From Chloroflexota bacterium (lineage in GTDB: Bacteria > Chloroflexota > Dehalococcoidia > Lucifugimonadales > Australimonadaceae): a stretch of DNA of 50,408 nt. The DNA lies in assembly GCA_022561985.1 (NCBI GenBank), contig JADFQE010000004.1, positions 1 to 50,408 on the forward strand, in the 5' to 3' direction. Below are positions 29,178 to 36,860 of the stretch, one piece after another. The notes under the pieces were generated by a model. It was not told the origin of the DNA, made no database searches, and worked only from the letters and a program-made list of their open reading frames with translations. Position 1 is the first letter of the stretch. Every line of letters begins with the position of its first letter. The translations under genes and the position numbers were made by a program.

Positions 29178-30260
29178 CTACAGCCAGCGCGCGAAGGCCC
29201 AGCCACCACCCGTGCCAGCCGGCGTCCGGTACACGGGCACGTACTCGACGAGGTCCATCTCCAAGGGCGAATCGTGCAGCACGCCGCCCAGGGCCACCCA
29301 GTTCTGCGTCTCGGATGCCGCCGAGTAGAGCCGGTGGCGCGGGAGCGTCATCAGCGTCTCGGAGTCCCGCTCCGCGAGCGCGCCGAGCATCATGCGGTCC
29401 AGCTCCTCGTCCACGACGAAGTGGCTGAGCCCGCCCGAGGCCACGACGGCCACGCGGGCGTCGGAATCCCAGGCCTCGATCGCACCGGCGATCGCCTGGC
29501 CGAAGTGGAACGACCGGCGGCACGTCGGCTGGTTCGGCGGGTAGCAGGTGTTCTGGAACACGGGCAGGATCGGGGTCGGCTCGTTCTCGAAGAGGCGCTT
29601 GATCACGAAGGCGAACCCGTGGGGGAGCCCCTGGGGTTGCGGCTCGGTGACGCGGACGTTGTCCTCGTTCACGCCGTTCACCGTGGGGTAGCGGCGGCCG
29701 ATGCTCCCCCCGTAGGTCTCGTGGACGTGCTTGAAGTGGGCCACGTCGAAGTCGTGCTCGATCATGTACCCGATCATGTGGTACCCGAGGTCGCTGGCCA
29801 CCGGAACGTCGATGGGGATGTCGCCGTAGCCGAGGCGGATCGCCTCGTTCACGTCGGGGTCGCGGCTGTTGCCGCGCCGCGGCATCGGCCGGAGCGGGAC
29901 CGAGTCGCCCCAGAAGATCGAGAACGTCGGCATGTTGTCCTCGAAGAACCACTCGTCCTGGTCGTCGCTGATGATGACGGTGACGTCGGGCTTGGCCTCC
30001 CGCAGCGAGCGGCCGATCTCGGCGATGCCCCGCTGGCACGCGTCGACCTGCGCGGAGAAGACCTCGTCCGTGAGCGGCCGCTCCCTGATCGCGGCGGGGA
30101 CCTGTGCCAGCCCCTCCTCGTAGGACATCGAGATGCCGTCCGGGGGGAACACGAGCCCCTTGTGCCCGTAGTCGCCCACGGCGTAGCGCGGCCACTGCTC
30201 GGCGGTGAGTGCGAGCATCGGGCTGTGGGACGTTCCGATGCCCAGGACGATCTTGGCCAT
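29178..30260 (-). CDS. Type II extradiol ring-cleavage dioxygenase, LigZ-like
   Basis: MAKIVLGIGTSHSPML, PHGFAF, NTCYPPNQPT, AVVASGGLSHFVVDEE, SETQNW, YVPVYRTPAGTG. Confidence 0.85.
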   Translation of the reverse strand: MAKIVLGIGTSHSPMLALTAEQWPRYAVGDYGHKGLVFPPDGISMSYEEGLAQVPAAIRERPLTDEVFSAQVDACQRGIAEIGRSLREAKPDVTVIISDDQDEWFFEDNMPTFSIFWGDSVPLRPMPRRGNSRDPDVNEAIRLGYGDIPIDVPVASDLGYHMIGYMIEHDFDVAHFKHVHETYGGSIGRRYPTVNGVNEDNVRVTEPQPQGLPHGFAFVIKRLFENEPTPILPVFQNTCYPPNQPTCRRSFHFGQAIAGAIEAWDSDARVAVVASGGLSHFVVDEELDRMMLGALAERDSETLMTLPRHRLYSAASETQNWVALGGVLHDSPLEMDLVEYVPVYRTPAGTGGGWAFARWL

Positions 30261-30366
30261 GTCACAACCTCCGTGCGTACCCGGCGCCGGCGACCGGCGC
30301 TGCCCCCGCCAGTCTACAGCGCACGGTGAGGCCGTACCACGCCGCGAGCGAGCGCCACAGTCGTGC

Positions 30367-30395
30367 TTGACATACCTCCCGCGTGCATGTAAGAA
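30367..30395 (+). promoter_or_regulatory. Putative sigma70 promoter for the LigY-like gene
   Basis: TTGACA-17 bp-TAAGAA in the divergent intergenic region. Confidence 0.4.
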
Positions 30396-30528
30396 ACGCG
30401 CGGGCCTGTGACGCAGTGGCGCACCCGCGGTGGCGGCCTGCCGCACGGGTTTCACGCGCACACAACCCCACCCGCCTATCTTGTGCCGCCTGCCGGCGGC
30501 GCCTCGGCACCGCATCAAGGAGGACCCG

Positions 30529-31554
30529 ATGCTTGACGGTCAGAAGATCCTAGACGCCCACGCCCACACCAACGCACCGCCGGAGCTCTACGCCTACAAG
30601 GCGGGGCTGCTGTCCAGCCGCGGCTACCACGGCAAGGGCAACCCCAACATCTCGGACGAGCGGCTCGCCGGCGCCGTCAAGCGCGGGCTGGACATCATGG
30701 ACAGCGTGGGGACGGACATGCAGTTCCTGTCCCCCCGGCCGTTCCAGCTGATCCACTCCGAGAAGCCGGCGGAGATCGTCGACTACTTCTGCGAGGCGAA
30801 CAACGACGTGATCGCCCGCGTCGTGAAGTCCCACCCCGACCGGTACGCGGGGGTCTGCGCGCTGCCGCACCATGTGGACGAGCCGGACACCAAGCACCTG
30901 CTCGGCGAGCTCGGCCGCTGCATCAACGACCTGGGCTTCATCGGCTGCATGATCAACCCCGACCCCGGAGAGGGCGCGGGCTACACCCCGCCGATGGACG
31001 ACGAGTACTGGTACCCGCTCTACGAGGAGATGGTGAAGCTGGACGTGCCTGCGCTGATCCACTCCGCGGCCTGCAAGGACCCGCGCGAGTCCTACAGCGC
31101 GCATTTCATCACCGTCGAGTCCCAGGTGATCCTGAACCTGATCAAGCCCGAGAGCAACGTCTTCAAGGACTTCCCGAAGCTCAAGATCATCGTCGCGCAC
31201 GGCGGCGGGTCGGTCCCCTACCAGATCGGCCGGTGGCGGGCGTCGCGGTTCAACGCCATGAAGCGTGACTCCGCCCTCGAGGACTTCGACACCAGCCTCA
31301 AGCGGCTGTACTTCGACACGGTCCTCTACAACAAGGAGTCGCTGGACCTGCTCTTCCGGCTCGTCGGCTCCGACCGCTGCATGTTCGGGACGGAGAACCC
31401 CGGCAGCGGGACCTCCACCGACCCCGTGACCAACAAGCAGCTCGACGACACGGCGCCCGTCATCAACTCCATCGAGTGGCTCTCGCCGCAGGACAGGAAG
31501 AACATCTTCGAGGACGTTCAGAAGAAGGTCTTCCCGCGCCTCAAGGTCAAGTAG
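30529..31554 (+). CDS. Amidohydrolase, LigY (meta-cleavage product C-C hydrolase)-like
   Basis: DAHAH, APPELYAYKAGLL, GTDMQFLSPRPFQ, YWYPLYE, HGGGSVPYQIGR, LYFDTVLY, FGTENPG. Confidence 0.85.
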   Translation: MLDGQKILDAHAHTNAPPELYAYKAGLLSSRGYHGKGNPNISDERLAGAVKRGLDIMDSVGTDMQFLSPRPFQLIHSEKPAEIVDYFCEANNDVIARVVKSHPDRYAGVCALPHHVDEPDTKHLLGELGRCINDLGFIGCMINPDPGEGAGYTPPMDDEYWYPLYEEMVKLDVPALIHSAACKDPRESYSAHFITVESQVILNLIKPESNVFKDFPKLKIIVAHGGGSVPYQIGRWRASRFNAMKRDSALEDFDTSLKRLYFDTVLYNKESLDLLFRLVGSDRCMFGTENPGSGTSTDPVTNKQLDDTAPVINSIEWLSPQDRKNIFEDVQKKVFPRLKVK

Positions 31555-31592
31555 CATCAAGTAGCACACTAAGCGCGCCAGGAGGAAGCAAC

Positions 31593-31796
31593 ATGGCAGA
31601 ACGAACGCTCATCACCGCCATCGAGGGCCCCAAGGGGAAGGCGGAAGTCTGGGAAGTGTCGGACGAGCAGACCGGCACCGTCACCTCCGGCGTCGCCTCC
31701 TCGACGTACGAGATCGTGTGCGGCGAGCAGAAAGAGACGACGCTGACCCTCGGCGAGGCGTCCATCGTGGCGCACGAGTTCGCGGGCATCGCTTAG
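31593..31796 (+). CDS. Hypothetical 67-aa acidic protein
   Basis: AGGAGG RBS, GC-rich third positions, 38 bp after the LigY-like gene, followed by a hairpin. Confidence 0.7.
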   Translation: MAERTLITAIEGPKGKAEVWEVSDEQTGTVTSGVASSTYEIVCGEQKETTLTLGEASIVAHEFAGIA

Positions 31797-31823
31797 CCCG
31801 CCACAGACCCGGAGCATGGAGCG

Positions 31824-31854
31824 AGAGGGGCCCGGTCGCCGGGCCCCTCTTCTC
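31824..31854 (+). terminator. Intrinsic terminator-like hairpin
   Basis: AGAGGGGCCCGG-TCG-CCGGGCCCCTCT 12-bp stem followed by TCTC. Confidence 0.6.
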
Positions 31855-31925
31855 GTGGCCGGAGCCCCGTCCTCCAGGATGAGCGGTCCCGTGGCGCAGA
31901 CTCGCTCTGCTACGATGCCGCTCCC

Positions 31926-32858
31926 ATGCCCGCTCACGCCGCACCCGCCGACACGCCGCACCCAGCCGCCCTGCACGCTGCACTCGCCGACTGGTACGCC
32001 TCCCACGCCCGCGACCTGCCCTGGCGGCGCACCACGGACCCGTACGCCATCTTGGTGTCCGAGGTGATGCTCCAGCAGACCCAGGTGGCGCGGACGATTC
32101 CCAGATACGCCGAGTTCCTCGCGTCCTTCCCGACGATCGAGGCCCTCGCCCAGGCGCCCGTCGCCGATGTGATCCGGGCCTGGTCCGGCATGGGCTTCAA
32201 CGCCCGCGCGGTGCGCCTCCACCGGCTCGCCGTCGAGGTGGTGGCCCTGCACGGGGGGAAGCTGCCCCCCACGGCCGTGGCGCTCCGGACGCTGCCCGGC
32301 ATCGGCCCCTACACCGCGGCCGCCGTCGCCTGCTTCGCCTTCGGCGCAAGCGAGCCCGTGCTGGACACGAACGTCTACCGCGTCCTCAGCCGCGTGGCGC
32401 ACGGGCTCACGCCGCCATCACGCCAGGAGCTTGAGCCGCTGGCCCGGGCGCTGCTGCCGGGGCCGGGCGCGCCGCTGGACCCCTCGTCGTGGGCCCAGGC
32501 GCTCATGGACGTGGGCGCGGCCCTCTGCTCGGTCTCGGCCCCGGCGTGCGGCGACTGCCCTCTGGAGCGCCACTGCGCCGCCGCGCCGGAGCTCGCGCGC
32601 GCAGACGCGCCACGCACGCTTGCCGAGTCGTCAGTGCCGTACGCGCCGAAGCAGGGGACGTTCGCCGGCTCGACGCGCTTCCACCGCGGCCGCATCGTCG
32701 CCGCGCTGCGCGATCTGCCGGAGGGCGGGAGCTTGAGCGCCCAGCAGCTCGCCGATGCAGCCGGCGGCAGATCGCCCGCCGAGATCGCGGCGCTGGTCGA
32801 CGGCCTCGTGCGCGACGGGCTGGCACGCCGGGTCGGCGGCGGCGCCGCGCTGCCGTAG
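31926..32858 (+). CDS. mutY: A/G-specific adenine glycosylase (short form)
   Basis: RDLPWR, VSEVMLQQTQV, LPGIGPYTA, LDTNVYRV, Fe-S loop CSVSAPACGDCPLERHC. Confidence 0.92.
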   Translation: MPAHAAPADTPHPAALHAALADWYASHARDLPWRRTTDPYAILVSEVMLQQTQVARTIPRYAEFLASFPTIEALAQAPVADVIRAWSGMGFNARAVRLHRLAVEVVALHGGKLPPTAVALRTLPGIGPYTAAAVACFAFGASEPVLDTNVYRVLSRVAHGLTPPSRQELEPLARALLPGPGAPLDPSSWAQALMDVGAALCSVSAPACGDCPLERHCAAAPELARADAPRTLAESSVPYAPKQGTFAGSTRFHRGRIVAALRDLPEGGSLSAQQLADAAGGRSPAEIAALVDGLVRDGLARRVGGGAALP

Positions 32859-32899
32859 GCTGGCATACGCCCCCGACGGTGTAAGACCCCCGTTCTGCG

Positions 32900-32927
32900 C
32901 TGGCGAGTGGGTCCAGGGCTATGCCCT
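32900..32927. repeat. REP-like palindromic repeat, copy 3
   Basis: CTGGCGAGTGGGTCCAGGGCTATGCCCT; contains the stop codon of the Ham1-like gene. Confidence 0.75.
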
Positions 32928-33542
32928 GGATAGGCGCTCGAGCAGGTCGCGAGCGAGGGGCGTGAGCGCGAGCCACGGGTCGTCCTCGAGGGCCAGGTCG
33001 GCCTCGGACCGCTCCCAGTGGCGCTTGCCGGAGGCGTCCGAGACCCACAGGCCGCTGACCCAGAAGCCGGTGGGGCCGTCAGGCGGAGGGACGTAGTCCT
33101 CCGCGATGCGCCCATGCAGCCCGCTGGCCTCCCACGCGCCCAGCAGTGCGCCGTCGCGCGCGATGGCGACGGCCTCGGTCCAGTGCGCCGAGCGCCGCTC
33201 GCCATCGAGGTCGCGCATCCGGCGCAGCAGGCGCTTCGCGTGCTCCTCGTCGCTCACCTCACCGCCCGTCCCGCGGCGCGTCACCAGACTCGACCAGCCG
33301 TCTCCGAGCGCGGGGATGACGAGGCCGCCGTCGCTGGCGAGGGCGAGGCCCTGGTGCGCGCGGGACCAGACCACCGCCTTGCGGATCGCGTTGCCGAGGT
33401 GCGAGGCGCTGTCCTCCTCGACCTCCGGCGGCGATGCGATGCTCGATGCGTCGAGGAGCGTGATGCCGGCTCCCGTGGCAAGCACGCGGAGGCGCTCCGC
33501 CTTCGCGGGGTTCGTCGTCGCCAGGAGGACCGATAGCGTCAT
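32919..33542 (-). CDS. Ham1/ITPase-family NTP pyrophosphatase, divergent
   Basis: LLATTNPAK, EVEED..HLGNAIRKA, LASDGGLVIPALG; lacks the FGYDP and SHR signatures. Confidence 0.72.
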   Translation of the reverse strand: MTLSVLLATTNPAKAERLRVLATGAGITLLDASSIASPPEVEEDSASHLGNAIRKAVVWSRAHQGLALASDGGLVIPALGDGWSSLVTRRGTGGEVSDEEHAKRLLRRMRDLDGERRSAHWTEAVAIARDGALLGAWEASGLHGRIAEDYVPPPDGPTGFWVSGLWVSDASGKRHWERSEADLALEDDPWLALTPLARDLLERLSRA

Positions 33543-33606
33543 GCGGGAAGCGCTGCCTCTCTCCCGTGGCGTCGTTGCCAGACGGGCCCTTCGACCATCC
33601 CCCCGT

Positions 33607-33698
33607 CCCCCTTCCAGCCTGGAAGGGGGTGATGACCCTGGATACGGGGGAGACCCCCGTGCCCCCGGCAAAGGGGCTCCGCCCCTCCGCGCTCCCCT
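33607..33698. repeat. Cluster of three GC-rich hairpins (REP/MITE-like)
   Basis: CCCCCTTCCA-GCC-TGGAAGGGGG (33607-33629); ACGGGGG-AGA-CCCCCGT (33644-33660); AGGGGC-TCC-GCCCCT (33672-33686). Confidence 0.6.
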
Positions 33699-33747
33699 GC
33701 CTTCCAATAGCGGTGCTATCGCAGCGCGGCAGCGCCCGCCACGGCTG

Positions 33748-35511
33748 CTAGCTCCGGCCGAATTCGCGCTCTAGCGAACTCGTCGTGACGCGCAGCATCG
33801 TGGGGCGTCCGTGGGGGCAGTGCTGCGGTATGTCCTCCGTCGTGAGCGCGTGGCCCAGCGCCTCCATCTCCTGGCGGTCGAGGGTCTGCCCGGCCCGCAC
33901 GGCCGAGTGGCAGGCGATGGAGGCCGCGACGGCCAGGTGCGTGTCCGAGCCCGCGCCGCCGCTGTGTGCGTCGAGTATCTCCGCGACGAGCTTGGCGGCG
34001 CTGACGGAGCGCGCCATGAGCGGCACCGAGCGCACCAGCCACGTCGAGCCGCCGAAGGGCTCGATCCTCACGCCGTAGCGCTCCAAAGTCGGCTGCGCGC
34101 CGGCGACGGCCTCGACCTGCTCGGGCGTGAGCTCCACCGGCAGCGGCTCCAGCATGGACTGGACCTCCGGCCGCCGCTCCTCCCACTGGCGCAGCAGCCT
34201 GTAGTAAAGCACCGCCTCGTGGGCCGCGTGCTGGTCGATCAGGTACATGCCGTCGGCCCCTTCGGCCACCACGAACATGTTCGATATCTGGCCGAGGATC
34301 CGCAGCGGCGCTCGCGGAGACCCGGGCGCCCCCTGCCCAGCGGCCGCCGGAGCCGCGAGAGCGTCTTCGCCGCCGCTCGGTGAGGCCGAGGGCTCGGGCA
34401 GCGGAGCGAGCCCGGCGCTGAGTGCCGGGGCCAGCCCGCCGAGCGCGAGGGTTGGTGCAGGCGTGGGCGCCTGGGCAGGCGCGGGCGGCGGGGCGAGCAG
34501 GCCGCGCGCCTCGGCCACGGGCGAGTCTGCGAGCAGCGCCTCGCGCACCGCACGCTGCACGCTGGAGAAGGCGTCGGCGTCGCGGACGAGGCGGACCTCG
34601 CGCTTGTTGGGGTGCACGTTGGGGTCGACCTCGGCCGGCGGCACATCGACGAACATGGCCGCGATCGGGTAGCGGCCCTCCATGAGCAGCCCCGCGTAGG
34701 CCTGCTCCACGGCGACGCTGAGCGTCCTGTTGGAGACCCACCGGCCGTTGACGAACAGACTCATGCCGGTGCGGTTCGGCCTGCTGCGCTCCGCGGGGCT
34801 CACCATGCCATGCACGGGATACACGCCGCGCGCGGACCCGGTGACCTCGATCAGCGAGTCCGCGACCTCGGCGCCGTACACCGCCGCCATGACGTCGCGC
34901 AGCGCGCCGTTGCCGGAGGTCTGGAGCAGCATGCGCGCCTCCGAGCGCAGCGAGAAGCGCACGTGCGGGCAGGCCATGGCCATGTGGTCGAGCACGCCGC
35001 GGATGCGTGCCGTCTCCGCGCTGGCCGAGCGGATGAACTTGAGGCGCGCCGGGATCGTCGAGAAGAGCGCCTCGACCGTGACGGACGTGCCCGGCGCGCC
35101 GGAGCTCGTGCCCTCCGCGATGACGGCGCTGCCCTCGATCTCCACGAACGCGGCCGCCTCCGCCCCCGCGGTGCGCGTGAGGAGGCGCACGTGCGCGGCT
35201 GCTGCGATGCTCGCCAGCGCCTCGCCGCGGAAGCCGAGCGAGGTCACCGCCGCGAGGTCATCGAGCGATCGAAGCTTGCTGGTGGCGTGGCGCTCGAAGG
35301 CAAGCCGGAGCTCGTCCGGCGCGATGCCGGACCCGTCGTCGGTCACGCGGATGCTCTGAAGGCCGCCCTGGAGAACCTCCACGCCGACCGTGCTCGCGCC
35401 TGCGTCCAGGGAGTTCTCGACGAGCTCCTTGACGACCGAGGCGGGGCGCTCGATGACCTCCCCGGCGGCGATCCCGGCGGCGACGGCGGGCGGCAGCACG
35501 CGTATCACCAC
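33748..35511 (-). CDS. mutL: DNA mismatch repair protein MutL
   Basis: IAAGEVIERPASVVKELVENSLDAG, HATSK, GFRGEAL, NVHPNKREV, DQHAAHE, ACH, CPHGRP. Confidence 0.97.
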   Translation of the reverse strand: MVIRVLPPAVAAGIAAGEVIERPASVVKELVENSLDAGASTVGVEVLQGGLQSIRVTDDGSGIAPDELRLAFERHATSKLRSLDDLAAVTSLGFRGEALASIAAAAHVRLLTRTAGAEAAAFVEIEGSAVIAEGTSSGAPGTSVTVEALFSTIPARLKFIRSASAETARIRGVLDHMAMACPHVRFSLRSEARMLLQTSGNGALRDVMAAVYGAEVADSLIEVTGSARGVYPVHGMVSPAERSRPNRTGMSLFVNGRWVSNRTLSVAVEQAYAGLLMEGRYPIAAMFVDVPPAEVDPNVHPNKREVRLVRDADAFSSVQRAVREALLADSPVAEARGLLAPPPAPAQAPTPAPTLALGGLAPALSAGLAPLPEPSASPSGGEDALAAPAAAGQGAPGSPRAPLRILGQISNMFVVAEGADGMYLIDQHAAHEAVLYYRLLRQWEERRPEVQSMLEPLPVELTPEQVEAVAGAQPTLERYGVRIEPFGGSTWLVRSVPLMARSVSAAKLVAEILDAHSGGAGSDTHLAVAASIACHSAVRAGQTLDRQEMEALGHALTTEDIPQHCPHGRPTMLRVTTSSLEREFGRS

Positions 35512-35586
35512 GGCGATACGCCTTCAAGCCTGTCTTGCACGGACGTGGCTATTGTCATGGTGACAGATGCTGTACGAACGCAAAAC

Positions 35587-35940
35587 TCAGAAACCGAGCT
35601 CGGCTCCCAGCTTCTTGGCGTTCGTCCCCGCGGTCAGCCGCCCGTCGATCACCACCAGCGGCCGCCGGAAGTAGCGGGGCTCCTCGACCAGGAGCTCGAG
35701 GAGCCGGCCGTCGGTCAGCGAGTCGGGGTCCAGCCCGCTCTTCTTGAAGGCGGCCGACTTGAAGTTGAACACCTCGCGCGGCGACTCGTCCCCGAGGAGC
35801 GCGCGGAGCTCGTCCGCGGAGAAGCGGTCCTTGAAGAAGTCCCGCTCCCCGAACGCGAGGCCCGCCTGCGAGAGCGCCGCCCTCGCCGTTCGGCAGGTCC
35901 CTCAGCCCTTCCACCAGTAGAGGTCGATGCTCGTTGCCAT
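35587..35940 (-). CDS. ArsC/Spx-family thioredoxin-fold protein with in-frame UGA (probable selenocysteine, UxxC), 117 aa
   Basis: MATSIDLYWWKG-(TGA 35902-35904)-GTCRTARAAL...ERDFFKD...PRYFRRPLVV. TGA occupies the first Cys position of CxxC; hairpin directly downstream. Confidence 0.82.
35865..35897 (-). promoter_or_regulatory. Candidate bacterial SECIS hairpin
   Basis: mRNA after UGA: CCUGC...GAGGGC-GGC-GCUCUC-GCAGG; G-starting apical loop 23 nt after UGA. Confidence 0.55.
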
Positions 35941-36101
35941 GGCGCGATTCTAGGCGAGGGGCGGGCCATATCGCCAGAGGGGGGGCCGGCCACTTGCGGA
36001 GGTTCCTTGGGACCCCTAACCGCTCGTGCCCGGACCCAGACCACTCGCGCCGAGGTTGCCGCCCGTTGCTCCCAGGCAGGCGATGGCCTAGCATCTCGCG
36101 C

Positions 36102-36569
36102 ATGGCCGACGTCTTCCTGCTCATCGTCCGCTGGGCCCACGCCATCGCGGCCGTGGCCTGGGTGGGCGGCGGCATCTTCTACTGGGTCGTGCTGCGGCCC
36201 GCGCTCCGGACCGAAGGCGTCCCGCCGGCGGTCGCCCGCTTCGCCGGAACCGAGTTCGGCGGGCTCGTGGCGCTGTCTGCGTGGACGCTCGTGATCACAG
36301 GCGCCGTCTTGGTGTTCGCGCGGCTCTCGGAGCCGGCGGCAGACGTCCCCTACGCCGCCGTCCTCGCGGTCAAGATCGCGCTCTCGGGCTGGATGTTCTT
36401 CCTCATCAGCGGCCGCCGCCGGCGCCGCACGCCCCCCGACGGTGCGCCGCGCGGCCGGCTCCGGGCGGCGGCGGACGCGCTCGGCCACGTCAACATGACC
36501 GTGGTCCTGGGCATCGTCGTCTTCGGGCTCTCCGACGTCCTGCGCCTGCTCATCGAACGGAACCTGTAG
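36102..36569 (+). CDS. Four-helix membrane protein, CopD/DUF4149-like
   Basis: RWAHAIAAVAWVGG, LVITGA, YAAVLAVKIAL. Confidence 0.65.
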   Translation: MADVFLLIVRWAHAIAAVAWVGGGIFYWVVLRPALRTEGVPPAVARFAGTEFGGLVALSAWTLVITGAVLVFARLSEPAADVPYAAVLAVKIALSGWMFFLISGRRRRRTPPDGAPRGRLRAAADALGHVNMTVVLGIVVFGLSDVLRLLIERNL

Positions 36570-36580
36570 ACTAAGCCGCC

Positions 36581-36763
36581 ATGCGCCGCGATCTGATGGA
36601 CATACTCGTGTGCCCCGTCTGCAAGGAGCCGCTGGAGCTGCACGTCGAGCGCGAGGAAGACGGCGAGGTGCTCACGGGGACGCTGACCTCGCCGGGGTGT
36701 GGGGCCACCTACCCGATCGAAGACGGCATCCCCAACCTGCTTCCCGCCGACATGCATGCCTAA
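36581..36763 (+). CDS. Trm112-like (UPF0434) protein
   Basis: LMDILVCPVCK...YPIEDGIPNLLP. Confidence 0.85.
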   Translation: MRRDLMDILVCPVCKEPLELHVEREEDGEVLTGTLTSPGCGATYPIEDGIPNLLPADMHA

Positions 36764-36780
36764 CGCCGCCCCTACCCCGT

Positions 36781-36803
36781 GTGGGTCAAGGGCTGTGCCC
36801 TTG
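36781..36803. repeat. REP-like palindromic repeat, copy 4
   Basis: GTGGGTCAAGGGCTGTGCCCTTG; near-identical to the reverse complement of copy 1. Confidence 0.7.
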
Positions 36804-36860
36804 CTTTGACACTCCGGAGCGGGGCCGATACCCTTGGCGCGCCCCGGCTCGCTTCTCCTC

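Noticed and set aside
6871-30195. Many long antisense or alternate-frame ORFs (e.g. 6871..8292, 8120..10018, 27811..30195)
   Set aside because: Expected artefacts of high-GC codon bias opposite well-supported genes; no motifs.
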